Origin: a virus | DNA length: 64,000 nt | Virus record (IMG/VR): IMGVR_UViG_3300026488_000010 | Reading direction: 5' to 3' (one strand) | Shown: in pieces, positions 29,662 to 39,108 of the stretch | Numbering within the stretch: position 1 is the stretch's first letter | Layout of the letters: the number at the start of each line of letters is the position of its first letter | The notes under the pieces: model-generated | Told to the model about the DNA's origin: nothing | Database searches by the model: none | Seen by the model: only the letters and a program-made list of their open reading frames with translations | Position numbers and translations under genes: made by a program

Positions 29662-31239
29662 TTAGTTTAGACCTAAAGCAGTTTCATAACCTTCAAGTTC
29701 TATTGTACCAATAGCTTCATTTCTAACAATACCAATCCAGTTACGAGATTTAATGAAAGAACGTTTTACACTATCAGTTGTCTCAGTAATCACATAAAGT
29801 GGTTTGTGAGAGATTTCAACGATTGAACTCTGAGCTAAAGACTCTGATTTCGGAATAAGGTGAATGTAAGCATCACCAACAGCGTGAGAAGTAATAACTT
29901 CTAGTTTTGAGAATGAACCCATTTCACCACTAAATCCAGTTTCACCTTCATAACCGTCAAATTTAACAGCGAAGTTTTGCATAGATTTAAGAACTGCAGC
30001 AGAATCAATACCAGTTACTAGATATTTGATTTCAAAACGAGTTGATTTACGAATTTTCTCTTGAAGAGCAATAAGTACAGGAATGATATTTTTGAAGATA
30101 TCTTGTACGCTTGCAGGTTTAGTACCATTTTGATCAACAATACCACCAACAGTAGCAAGGTTAATTTTACGATAGTGACCATATGCCTTAGCAGCTGGAA
30201 TATTAGACTCAAGTAAATCAGCGATTTCGAAATCTCTGTTAAGTTTGATTTGATCTTTAACATAACCTTTAAGTTGTGCAATGATATCTAAGTTGTAAAG
30301 AGATTTCCAATCTTGGATAACTTCTTCAATATTTTCAATTTCAAAAGAATCTTCAATATCACAGTTGATATCAAGTACATCTTGTTTTGGACGAGCTTTA
30401 GTTACAGCAAGACCATTACCAACACCCATAATACGAAGCTTAGCATCAATACTAACTGAAGCAGCAGCAACACCACTCATAGAGATAGCTGACCATGTAA
30501 TATCACCAGATTCAAAGTTAATTTGACCTTGGATTTTAAAAGTTGCAACAACTGCATCACCAGCAGTATTTTTAACAATAATATCTTCAGCAGCAAAGTT
30601 ACCACGTGCATCAGCAACAGCGATTAAAGGAACAACTGCATCTTCTGCACCATTACCATTAAAGTCACCATTAACAACAACAGAAACAACTTTGAAGTTA
30701 CGTTTATTAAGACGGAATTGACTAAAGTTAGTAGTACCTGTACCAGCAAAAAGCTCAGTAAATGCATTACCAGATTGTGCAACTGTAATTACTTCATGTC
30801 CAGTACGGATTGATTTAGTAGCAGTTGGAAATTCATACTCAGAAACATTACCTTTGTGATCGATAACTTTAGAGATCCATTTAAGACGTGGAATAGTCAT
30901 AGTTGGAACATTTGATGGGAATACAGAGATAACTTTACTTAAAAGAGGATCAGAGTAAATATCAACTAACATCGGGAATGATGTAACAGCATAAGTAATA
31001 GCATCAGGAGAACCTAAAAGACTAGCAGACTCTTCTAATAGAGACTCACGTTGACGATCGAACATAGACTTGATTCTACGAGAATCAGACTCTTCAAGAC
31101 CTTCTAAAAGTTTGTTTGCATAAGAATCATAAGTAACTTGATCAGTTACGATTGACATTGCACTTGTAGCTTCTTCGAATAGCTCACTGTTTTCTGTGAT
31201 GTATGCGTTGAAGTTTTCTAAAATAATATTTTCATTCAT
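29662..31239 (-). CDS. Major capsid protein (HK97 fold, T4 gp23-like)
   Basis: 525 aa downstream of the prohead protease; N-terminal propeptide with LE/EE cleavage sites; IEEVIQDWKSLYNLDIIAQL...IKLNRDFEI segment typical of gp23-like MCPs. Confidence 0.9.
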   Translation of the reverse strand: MNENIILENFNAYITENSELFEEATSAMSIVTDQVTYDSYANKLLEGLEESDSRRIKSMFDRQRESLLEESASLLGSPDAITYAVTSFPMLVDIYSDPLLSKVISVFPSNVPTMTIPRLKWISKVIDHKGNVSEYEFPTATKSIRTGHEVITVAQSGNAFTELFAGTGTTNFSQFRLNKRNFKVVSVVVNGDFNGNGAEDAVVPLIAVADARGNFAAEDIIVKNTAGDAVVATFKIQGQINFESGDITWSAISMSGVAAASVSIDAKLRIMGVGNGLAVTKARPKQDVLDINCDIEDSFEIENIEEVIQDWKSLYNLDIIAQLKGYVKDQIKLNRDFEIADLLESNIPAAKAYGHYRKINLATVGGIVDQNGTKPASVQDIFKNIIPVLIALQEKIRKSTRFEIKYLVTGIDSAAVLKSMQNFAVKFDGYEGETGFSGEMGSFSKLEVITSHAVGDAYIHLIPKSESLAQSSIVEISHKPLYVITETTDSVKRSFIKSRNWIGIVRNEAIGTIELEGYETALGLN

Positions 31240-31266
31240 AAATTTTTCCTTGGGGTATGTTTTTAT

Positions 31267-31278
31267 TAAGTATTTGTT
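31267..31278 (-). promoter_or_regulatory. Late-promoter-like motif AACA-aatact-TA
   Basis: 28 nt upstream of the MCP start. Confidence 0.6.
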
Positions 31279-31334
31279 ACCAGCAAGTTTTTTTTGCTAG
31301 TTCAAAACTTATTTTTTGAATTCTTTTAAAATAA

Positions 31335-32126
31335 TTATATTTTAAAAGAAAAAGTTTTAATTGTGTTTTTAGTTAATGATAAATCTATTAAGTAATCAAT
31401 TGACTCTTCAATTGTTCCTTGAATACATGAACCATCTAATGTACAAGCTCTAACCTGTTCACCATCTAGATTGAATTGTGCATAACCTGCGCCTTCAGAT
31501 TCCATAATGATTTCTGTGATTTGAGATTTGTGTTCTTTTAGTTCTTTTACAAGAGCTAAAGGGTCTGTGCTTTCATTAATGAATTCATAGATTACTGCTG
31601 AGGAGTGTGACGGATTAGAAACAACATCAAATGTTAATGCTTTTAATCCTACAGGGCTAACCATTGTAACACCAGTTGGTGATTTAGTACTTGCTCCAAA
31701 TGCTCTTAATGAAAAACCTATTGTAACTTTATCTTTTAATAAACGGAAGAAATTAATTCCTTTATCATTAGTTAATGTTTCACATTCGGCTGTGATAAAC
31801 TTACCATCATATTCAAGTTTTGTATATAATACACAAGAATCTTGAAGAGAGATGGTGCTTGATCTTTTCATTTTAGCTGCAGTGTCTCCTTGAGGAGACG
31901 GATGATCCATTTCACCTAATAGTTTTCTTTCAGAAGCTTTAGGTCCAAGTTGAGCAACAATTGTTCTGAGAACCTCATCAGAATAAGATCTACCGTTATT
32001 ATTGGTAACACCTTGTTCCTGTAGTTTAGCTTTGAACTTAATTTTTTGTTCTCCACCAAACGTCGACTCTTCTAGTAACTCTACTTGAGGAATGTAAGCA
32101 CTTTCGTGAATGATATTAAAATTCAT
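31335..32126 (-). CDS. Prohead core protease (T4 gp21-like)
   Basis: NNNGRSYS, LLGEMDHP (catalytic His), GFSLRAFG (Ser), FDVVSNPS. Confidence 0.9.
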   Translation of the reverse strand: MNFNIIHESAYIPQVELLEESTFGGEQKIKFKAKLQEQGVTNNNGRSYSDEVLRTIVAQLGPKASERKLLGEMDHPSPQGDTAAKMKRSSTISLQDSCVLYTKLEYDGKFITAECETLTNDKGINFFRLLKDKVTIGFSLRAFGASTKSPTGVTMVSPVGLKALTFDVVSNPSHSSAVIYEFINESTDPLALVKELKEHKSQITEIIMESEGAGYAQFNLDGEQVRACTLDGSCIQGTIEESIDYLIDLSLTKNTIKTFSFKI

Positions 32127-32186
32127 TTGAGTCCTTTGTTTGTTAGATCTGCAGATTTAACAGAGTTCGTAGATGTGATTTCTACT

Positions 32187-32198
32187 TAATTATTTGTT
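32187..32198 (-). promoter_or_regulatory. Late-promoter-like motif AACA-aataat-TA
   Basis: 61 nt upstream of the protease start. Confidence 0.6.
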
Positions 32199-32220
32199 AC
32201 TGCCGTTATTTTTTACAGTA

Positions 32221-32418
32221 CTATATTACGTTTGTTTCGTGTTCATCGGATACTTTGAACGCATCGTCAGATTTTTTATTTTTATTTTTAGATAAAATAA
32301 TATAATCTTTGATTGTATTTATGACTGTATTTTTGACTGTATTTATGACTGTATTTATCTGATTTTTTAAACAATCGTACATATATAAATATGCGTATTT
32401 ATAATTAATACTAAACAT
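32221..32418 (-). CDS. Small hypothetical protein with (I/K)NT(V/I) x4 repeat
   Basis: ATG 32418 with AAGGAGG RBS; 12-bp tandem repeat at 32314-32358. Confidence 0.5.
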   Translation of the reverse strand: MFSINYKYAYLYMYDCLKNQINTVINTVKNTVINTIKDYIILSKNKNKKSDDAFKVSDEHETNVI

Positions 32419-32419
32419 A

Positions 32420-32620
32420 TCAACCTCCTTTAAAAATATAAGCATCTAAGTGATAAAATATAAATGCACCAACAACTTGCACCATAACTAAATGTAAGTA
32501 TTCGTTTTTAATTTTTGTGAAGGTTTTAATCAAGTACAGGGGTACCATCATAACAAACGCTGACAATAACCATCGACCAACATACAAGGCGAAGTGCCAA
32601 GATAAGTAATCATATTCCAT
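32420..32620 (-). CDS. Small two-TM membrane protein
   Basis: 66 aa, two hydrophobic helices (YVGRWLLSAFVMM..., LVMVQVVGAFIFY). Confidence 0.6.
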   Translation of the reverse strand: MEYDYLSWHFALYVGRWLLSAFVMMVPLYLIKTFTKIKNEYLHLVMVQVVGAFIFYHLDAYIFKGG

Positions 32621-32639
32621 TTATAACCTTTTATTGTTT

Positions 32640-32957
32640 TTAGTTTCCAAAGTTTAAATATGCACCTGAATATTTAACAGAATAATCAGTATTGACTTTC
32701 ATAAATTCTTCTTGTGTTATAACTTTGAGTTCATTGTATTTAACTTCTGATGTTGCATTATGTTTGAGTTTAATCAAATATGTTCCAACTTCAGAAAATG
32801 TCTTTTCTATAGTATATAGAGAATCTCCTAAAAATATCTTAGGCTCTGTAATTTCTATAAATTCTGATGTCCCAGCAATCATATAATATAAAGTAAAGTC
32901 AGGAGAATCTGATATGACTTTAAGATTTTGTGGGACGTTTTTTAACCAGAAACTCAT
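32640..32957 (-). CDS. Small Ig-like virion protein
   Basis: LYTIEKTFSEVGTYLIKL Ig-type strand motif shared with neighbours. Confidence 0.5.
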   Translation of the reverse strand: MSFWLKNVPQNLKVISDSPDFTLYYMIAGTSEFIEITEPKIFLGDSLYTIEKTFSEVGTYLIKLKHNATSEVKYNELKVITQEEFMKVNTDYSVKYSGAYLNFGN

Positions 32958-32969
32958 ATCTCTCTCCTA

Positions 32970-33503
32970 TTAAATAAATGACTTTTGTTTAGACTTATCT
33001 ATAATATCTTGGGTTGAATAATCAACAACTTCAATTGCGATTGGTGTATTCTGCATATTGATTGCTTTATTAGAAATCATAGCAGTATATAAACCAGTTG
33101 GTAAGTTCATTAGAACTTTATATATTCCAGTGTTTCCAACTTGTGTTACAGTATTACCTGATGTATGACCAGCAGACTCTTCTTTTGTTGTTAAAACATT
33201 TCCAACAATTGATTCAACATAATAATATGCAGAATCAATATTAATTACATCACCATCTTGAAATTGCGTCCCATCAGATACAGGAACAAACTTCGAACCC
33301 TGTGGGATATCGCCAGATAGTGTTGAAGTATTCCCATCAACAGTTAGCATAATCTCTGAGAATGTGTTAGAAATTATAGACGATGTACCATCAGCTTCAT
33401 TTATAACCATTCCTTTGAATTGAGCAGTTGGAATATTGTACATGTTACTTGTTGAACCAATTTTTAAATAAAAATCAGTATTTGCTTTTTTAGTTACTTG
33501 CAT
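32970..33503 (-). CDS. Ig-like virion appendage protein (paralog of 33513-34034)
   Basis: GIYKVLMNLPTGLYTAMISN motif plus a small beta-barrel insert. Confidence 0.5.
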   Translation of the reverse strand: MQVTKKANTDFYLKIGSTSNMYNIPTAQFKGMVINEADGTSSIISNTFSEIMLTVDGNTSTLSGDIPQGSKFVPVSDGTQFQDGDVINIDSAYYYVESIVGNVLTTKEESAGHTSGNTVTQVGNTGIYKVLMNLPTGLYTAMISNKAINMQNTPIAIEVVDYSTQDIIDKSKQKSFI

Positions 33504-33512
33504 TTAATACTC

Positions 33513-34034
33513 CTATACTAGTACTTGAAAGTTCGTAGCCTGTGCTTTCGGACTCACAACTTTAATAGCATCTGTTCTCTGAAGACCAAATGCCGAATCT
33601 TTTGCCTTGATCATAAAAGTACCTTCATCAGGCATAGTTAAATTATAAAAATATAATCCTAGCGCTCCTGAACGATCAACAGTTGTATTTAAATCAACTG
33701 CTGTTTTTAAACCTTTATGAATACCTATTTCGTTGCCTGTACTATCAACAGATACAACTCTATATGTATCTCCTGTTGATAATAATATACGATCATTCAC
33801 ATTATAACCTGTAGTATCCAACACTTTAATACTTTGCATACCTAAATCTCTTGCTTCATCGATCGTTGTTTGTAGCGCAGTTATAGGCTCTGAACTTTCT
33901 TGCATCTGGAGATTCTGATAAACATAATCGCCAGTGTCCTGATTAAAAACATCTAATTTAAAATCAGCACCATAATAATTTAACGCAGATAAAGTTACTT
34001 TATCTTCTACATTTTTAATGAGTAAACCCTTCAT
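33513..34034 (-). CDS. Ig-like virion appendage protein
   Basis: GLYFYNLTMPDEGTFMIKAKD motif; C-terminal ATNFQVLV. Confidence 0.5.
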   Translation of the reverse strand: MKGLLIKNVEDKVTLSALNYYGADFKLDVFNQDTGDYVYQNLQMQESSEPITALQTTIDEARDLGMQSIKVLDTTGYNVNDRILLSTGDTYRVVSVDSTGNEIGIHKGLKTAVDLNTTVDRSGALGLYFYNLTMPDEGTFMIKAKDSAFGLQRTDAIKVVSPKAQATNFQVLV

Positions 34035-35428
34035 TATAGCTCCTTATTTACATCAGGGAAAATAAAATATATTTCCTCTAATTTAGCTTGTTCATAACTT
34101 TCATCAGAACACTCTGTTAATTCAATATCGAATTCAATTTCGTCGTTTGCGATACCATTCGGCTGATATACTAAATCATTAGCATTATCTCGAACTTCTA
34201 ATACCGTCTTATAATGACCATTTTGTGCAAATTCAATTTCTAAAGCATCTGTTAATGATATACCGTTATGATTATCTTCTTGAACTAAAGTCCATCCTGC
34301 TCCAAAAGGCATAAGCAAATATGTTTTATAATTTGCATCTGTGATTGAACCATCAACATCGGTTGTTAAATGATTAAATCTTTGAATTCTAGGAGTCAGC
34401 TGAGTTTTTGATAATTCAGTTATAGGTAATGTATTGGTTACTTCATGTGATTCTTTAATTGTAAATGATAAATCATTCCATCCATCATTCCAATGAACTA
34501 ACATTTCACCTTCAATTTTATTAAGAGCTGTGATGTTATGAGTAATTGTTACATCAGATGCATTAGCAGTGCTTGAATGATCTGTCGAATCAATTGTGCC
34601 ATTCTTCAATTTAAAATTGAGTTTAGTATCGATACCAGTTACTCTTGAATCTTCATCGTATCCTCCATAAGCATGGAAAAATACATCAATATCATCACCG
34701 TGATAAAATTTACTTAATATTCCGTCTGGACTAAATACTATATCAGGTAATGGTACATGATAATGAGATTTAACTGATTTATCACATATGTTAAATAAAC
34801 TGTAAGCGTTAGTTGCTTTATGTCTAGCAGTAAAATCAGCTATTGATGCATATGTGTGAATATTTGATGATTCAAATGTTCCTGAACTTTCAAAATCATA
34901 TTCATCAGTTATTAATCCTACTTGATCGAAGATTAACGTTGAGTAATATAATCGTCTATGATAAAAAGTGTTTTCATTATATATCCAAGAATCTTCATCA
35001 TCAGATAAAGGTGTGGCAGTATATGATTCATTAATCACTGGGTCAAGTTCGAATGACCAATCACAAGTTGGTACCATTTTAGGCATCAATTGTGGATCAA
35101 TAACATATATATTTGAAGTACCATCATGTACAATACTAAATGTTGTAAACCGCGTTTTTAAACCAGATGTGTTATCTGATGTGGAACCACCATCCAATTC
35201 ATCTTGCCATAGACAAATAATAACAACATCATTTGCTTTTAATTCACCAGTTTGTGATAAAGAATCTGCATCACCAGCGCTGAAGTTAAATTGTTGTTGA
35301 TCCGAGGTTCTGGTATTATTCCATACACCTTGTCGAACATAATATGCCTTATAATTACAATCGATAGGATTTTCATTTTCATCAACTATGGAATTTGCAT
35401 TACATGTGAATGTTACATTTAAAGCCAT
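34034..35428 (-). CDS. Beta-rich multi-Ig/PKD-like virion protein
   Basis: 464 aa, acidic and beta-strand rich; DVDGSI...GHYKTVLEVRD PKD-like segment. Confidence 0.5.
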   Translation of the reverse strand: MALNVTFTCNANSIVDENENPIDCNYKAYYVRQGVWNNTRTSDQQQFNFSAGDADSLSQTGELKANDVVIICLWQDELDGGSTSDNTSGLKTRFTTFSIVHDGTSNIYVIDPQLMPKMVPTCDWSFELDPVINESYTATPLSDDEDSWIYNENTFYHRRLYYSTLIFDQVGLITDEYDFESSGTFESSNIHTYASIADFTARHKATNAYSLFNICDKSVKSHYHVPLPDIVFSPDGILSKFYHGDDIDVFFHAYGGYDEDSRVTGIDTKLNFKLKNGTIDSTDHSSTANASDVTITHNITALNKIEGEMLVHWNDGWNDLSFTIKESHEVTNTLPITELSKTQLTPRIQRFNHLTTDVDGSITDANYKTYLLMPFGAGWTLVQEDNHNGISLTDALEIEFAQNGHYKTVLEVRDNANDLVYQPNGIANDEIEFDIELTECSDESYEQAKLEEIYFIFPDVNKEL

Positions 35429-35437
35429 CTAATCCTC

Positions 35438-36235
35438 CTATACAATTGACCAGTCATAGACTAGTTCTGAACCACTATAATTTTTTGTTTTAATCCAAAA
35501 ACCTATAATTTCATCATTATCTGTTGAGTCCACCATTTTAAGTGGAAAATTATGTTTCGTTAAAGGTGATGTTACACCTGGAATATATGATAAGAATTCC
35601 GATGATTGTGTATCAGTTGCTGGATAAGCATTGAACACTTCAAATATATCTGAACCAACTACTGAGTATTTATTTTCAATATATTGTACAAAATCTTCAT
35701 GTATCTTACCATCAACTGGAACAGCACATAACATCCATTTATCTTTTTGAAGTAAAATACTTCCAGATAAAGATCCAGCAACAGTTCCTAGATAAGGTAC
35801 TTGCATTAGATGACTTTCACCATCTATCATATAAATACTTAAACCTAAATCTGACGGTACATGATAATAAAAACCGTTTCCAAGTTCAGTTAAAGTTCCA
35901 GTTTCAACGATTGTACCATCATCTTTCATTCTTTCAATAGAGATAGTTTTTCCAGTTTTGCCATGATAGTGAATGAATTTTACTTCTGGTTGGCCAACAT
36001 TGAAGATTACCGGATATTCATTGAATTTACCCATAATGATACAATCTTCATCAGGTGTATCAATTAATGTTTTTTTGTGACCATTTCCAATATTTGAAAT
36101 CGTTGGAGATGCTGGACTAATATCAGTAAATGATAAATCATTGCCGAATTTATAAAGACTTAATCCTTCAGCTTCCGAAGATGTTGAAAATATAGGATAT
36201 TGTGAGTTACGATTTTTGAGCGCAGATGTTCTCAT
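35438..36235 (-). CDS. Hypothetical virion appendage protein
   Basis: 265 aa, ELGNGFYYH Ig-like segment, preceded by promoter motif and AAGGAG. Confidence 0.5.
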   Translation of the reverse strand: MRTSALKNRNSQYPIFSTSSEAEGLSLYKFGNDLSFTDISPASPTISNIGNGHKKTLIDTPDEDCIIMGKFNEYPVIFNVGQPEVKFIHYHGKTGKTISIERMKDDGTIVETGTLTELGNGFYYHVPSDLGLSIYMIDGESHLMQVPYLGTVAGSLSGSILLQKDKWMLCAVPVDGKIHEDFVQYIENKYSVVGSDIFEVFNAYPATDTQSSEFLSYIPGVTSPLTKHNFPLKMVDSTDNDEIIGFWIKTKNYSGSELVYDWSIV

Positions 36236-36245
36236 ATAATCTCCT

Positions 36246-36323
36246 TTAATATTTGTTTCTTGTAAATGAAATTTATTACATGAATTTTTGCATGAATTTT
36301 TGCATGAATTTTTGTATGAATTT
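36246..36323 (-). promoter_or_regulatory. Late-promoter-like motif (AACA-aatatt-AA) preceded by 12-bp tandem repeats
   Basis: Motif at 36246-36257; catgaatttttg x~3.7 at 36279-36323. Confidence 0.45.
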
Positions 36324-36385
36324 CACGACAAGAAAATTCTATTGGAATAAAAATTCCAATAGAATATAGTACTAAAAGTATTAGC

Positions 36386-37390
36386 TTACGCGAATACTTT
36401 AAATGAAGTAGCAGAACTACCAGCGTCAACTTTACCTTCAATAGTTAAAAGTTTAGCATCAACAGAATCAAAACGAGAAACAAGTTCAGTTTTAATTGCA
36501 ACAAGACCATTTGCAGCATCATTAAGAACATTAAGAATGTTTGTTTCACCATCAGTAACAGCTGTATTAACACCATCGATTAATGCTTTAAGTGCTGCAA
36601 GACCGAAGCCGGCATCTTCTAAAGTTGCCTTATTTGCATCAACAACAATTTGAAGAGCATCTGTTTTTCCAGTAATTACACCTTCAGATGTAGTGATTGC
36701 ATCAGTTACTGCTGTTTGCGCTGAACTAATATTACCTTGAAGAGTAACAAGAGCCGCAGCTAAGCTAGATTCTTTAGCAACACCTGGGTTAGTTGCATCA
36801 TAGAATGGATTAGCAGTTGTACCATCAGCTAAGAATTCTGTACCAAGAAGCATGTTCTCAATATCATCAGTATACCCTTCTAGTGCAGAAAGGCCTGAAC
36901 CAGAGTTAAGCGCATCATTAATTTGTGTAACAAAATCAAGTACTGTTGTAGCAGTACCAGAAGTATCACCATCATCAATTAGTGCAGAAATCGCTGCAAT
37001 ATCATTTTTAAGTGTTACAAGAGTATCACCATTAAGACCATCAACATCAGCAGCAACTGTTGCTAAAGTAGTAGTAAGATCATCAACAACAAGTTTAACA
37101 TCATCAATTGTAGCATCAACTACAACAACTGGGGCTTCGTGATTTCCCATACCAATTGTTGCATTATTGATTACGATAGTGTAATCACCTTTTGCCGCAA
37201 TAGTCGTTTCAACCATATAAAGACCTGCAGTATTTGCATCTTCTGTAAACGCGTTAGCGATGTCTGTTTTAGCACCTGTAGCATCATTAATATAGTAAGC
37301 GCTGAAGTTAGCAGCTTGACCTGTTAAATCTGCGTTTGTTCCGAGTTTTGTTTTGAAAGCAACTCCTGCTTTTTTTACTGAATAGCTCAT
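36386..37390 (-). CDS. Ig-like domain plus long coiled-coil fibre/whisker protein
   Basis: N-terminal GLYMVETTIAAKGDYTIVINN, then Ala/Thr/Asp heptads; C-terminal ATSFKVFA. Confidence 0.6.
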   Translation of the reverse strand: MSYSVKKAGVAFKTKLGTNADLTGQAANFSAYYINDATGAKTDIANAFTEDANTAGLYMVETTIAAKGDYTIVINNATIGMGNHEAPVVVVDATIDDVKLVVDDLTTTLATVAADVDGLNGDTLVTLKNDIAAISALIDDGDTSGTATTVLDFVTQINDALNSGSGLSALEGYTDDIENMLLGTEFLADGTTANPFYDATNPGVAKESSLAAALVTLQGNISSAQTAVTDAITTSEGVITGKTDALQIVVDANKATLEDAGFGLAALKALIDGVNTAVTDGETNILNVLNDAANGLVAIKTELVSRFDSVDAKLLTIEGKVDAGSSATSFKVFA

Positions 37391-37430
37391 ATAATTTCCT
37401 TTAATTTTATTTCCATAATAGTATTTTTGA

Positions 37431-37442
37431 TATTAATTTGTT
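37431..37442 (-). promoter_or_regulatory. Late-promoter-like motif AACA-aattaa-TA
   Basis: 41 nt upstream of the ATG at 37390. Confidence 0.55.
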
Positions 37443-37463
37443 CGCTGCTTTTTACATTATATT

Positions 37464-38708
37464 CTAGATTGTAATTGTAAAACCAGTTTCTTGAATAAGT
37501 GTTTGGTTCTCATTAACTTCATCAACAACATTTGCGATTACTTGTCGTATACCAGAATCAATATTTGTCAATTTAGCAGATATTGCATCTTGTGCCTCAG
37601 TAATTCTTGCTAAGATTGCAGCGTCATCACAATTTCCCTCTGAGCTAACATCGTTAGAAATAAATAAAGGTATATCAATTAATGCTTTATCCATTTGAAA
37701 ACTTCTTGTCATACTAAGATTATCTTTTGTTATAGTCATGGTATATGGTGCAAGTGTTTCGTTGATGCCATTGCGTAAACTTTTATAATATGTTACTTTT
37801 TGGTCAATGCTTCCATATTGATTAGTTGTTTCATCAAATGCAATATCTCCATTTTTATCCCTAGCGATAATTCTTACACCTGCTAATCTAGAACCGTCAG
37901 ATGCACGACATATAGGGTTAAAAGTATATTGAATAAAAACATCAACGTTGTTTGATTCACGTTCAAATTCATAATTTCCCCTAATTTCAGAGTCTATAAA
38001 CTTTAAAGTATCTCCACCCGCATTTGATTCAATATATGCTAATTTATTATAACCATCGTATATTCCACCAATAATCGTTAGATTATTTGCAAACTCAGGG
38101 TTATGATAAACTGAACATTTAAATGATCCATCAACCTTCGAATCAAATACACTAAGATTTTGCATAGTTCTTAATTCGCCTTTTGGGCTAAGGATTCCAT
38201 ACTTACCATGACTCTGTTTAAATATTATATTTTTTAAAATAGAGTTCGTTCCAGCAATCCTTCCAAAACCATTGACGAAACAATCAATAACTTCAACATG
38301 ATTGGTTCCTTCAAAGAATCCCCAAAAACCGAAAACATCAATTGTTGAATTATATAAAAATAAATCGCCTGATGAGTTAATAGAGGTATGTCCGAAGCCA
38401 TACGCAATTTTTATGTTTGGTGCTTTAAGTGTACATGATCCATAAGTACTGCCATTTGAACGTTTGATACCTAATTTTAGATACGCACCTTTATATACTT
38501 GTATAAGATCACCTAAAATTGTTACATGTACTTCTGAATCTTCCACCGCACCTGATTCAATTATCAGATCATTTTTTAATTCATATGATGTACCTAAATT
38601 TTTTACATATGATGTTTTATTATTATCAACAGCATATTGATATATATCTGCAAATGTATATACATTATCAGTAATTTTTACTCTTGAACTTGTTATACTA
38701 ATTGCCAT
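37464..38708 (-). CDS. Beta-helix (tailspike-like) + Ig + coiled-coil virion protein
   Basis: Repeating beta-helix-like strands (LFLYNSTI, HVEVIDCFV, LTIIGGIY, LKFIDSEI); GVRIIARD...TTNQYG Ig segment; C-terminal ETGFTITI. Confidence 0.5.
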   Translation of the reverse strand: MAISITSSRVKITDNVYTFADIYQYAVDNNKTSYVKNLGTSYELKNDLIIESGAVEDSEVHVTILGDLIQVYKGAYLKLGIKRSNGSTYGSCTLKAPNIKIAYGFGHTSINSSGDLFLYNSTIDVFGFWGFFEGTNHVEVIDCFVNGFGRIAGTNSILKNIIFKQSHGKYGILSPKGELRTMQNLSVFDSKVDGSFKCSVYHNPEFANNLTIIGGIYDGYNKLAYIESNAGGDTLKFIDSEIRGNYEFERESNNVDVFIQYTFNPICRASDGSRLAGVRIIARDKNGDIAFDETTNQYGSIDQKVTYYKSLRNGINETLAPYTMTITKDNLSMTRSFQMDKALIDIPLFISNDVSSEGNCDDAAILARITEAQDAISAKLTNIDSGIRQVIANVVDEVNENQTLIQETGFTITI

Positions 38709-38717
38709 ATATTCTCC

Positions 38718-39047
38718 TTATTTATTTAAAATTAGGTAATTGAGTTTATCATCTCGATGTATATCCATATATAATTGGATGATATTTACCAATTTATGAA
38801 TTTCTTGTGCATCTGTATATTTAATAAACAGTACCTTTTCATTAAACATTTGTTCTACGGATACATTATTATCATCTGTATCAAAACCAGCGAAGCAGTT
38901 AAAATTCTCAATATTATTTTCACTAATGATATTGAATAATTTATAATCTATAAATACAAAAACGTTCCCTGATATATCAAATAGTTGTTTATTTATTAGA
39001 CCATTCTGTAAAATATCTATTTTATTATTGTTACGAATTACATACAT
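38718..39047 (-). CDS. Hypothetical protein
   Basis: 109-aa ORF with AAGGA RBS. Confidence 0.5.
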   Translation of the reverse strand: MYVIRNNNKIDILQNGLINKQLFDISGNVFVFIDYKLFNIISENNIENFNCFAGFDTDDNNVSVEQMFNEKVLFIKYTDAQEIHKLVNIIQLYMDIHRDDKLNYLILNK

Positions 39048-39067
39048 AACTATCCTTTAAATTATGA

Positions 39068-39087
39068 GTAGACTCCGAAGAGTCTAC
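39068..39087 (-). terminator. Hairpin with C(UUCG)G loop
   Basis: Minus strand gtagactc-ttcg-gagtctac after the fibre gene stop; weak U-tract. Confidence 0.6.
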
Positions 39088-39108
39088 CTTAATCTAAAAT
39101 CTTAACGA

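Noticed and set aside
32168-32190. gtagat...atttctact resembling a Cas12a direct repeat
   Set aside because: The two halves are in the wrong order and occur once; likely coincidence.
36232-36441. 69-aa ORF with IHAK repeats
   Set aside because: It spans a promoter/tandem-repeat intergenic region and overlaps the upstream gene's end; probably not coding.
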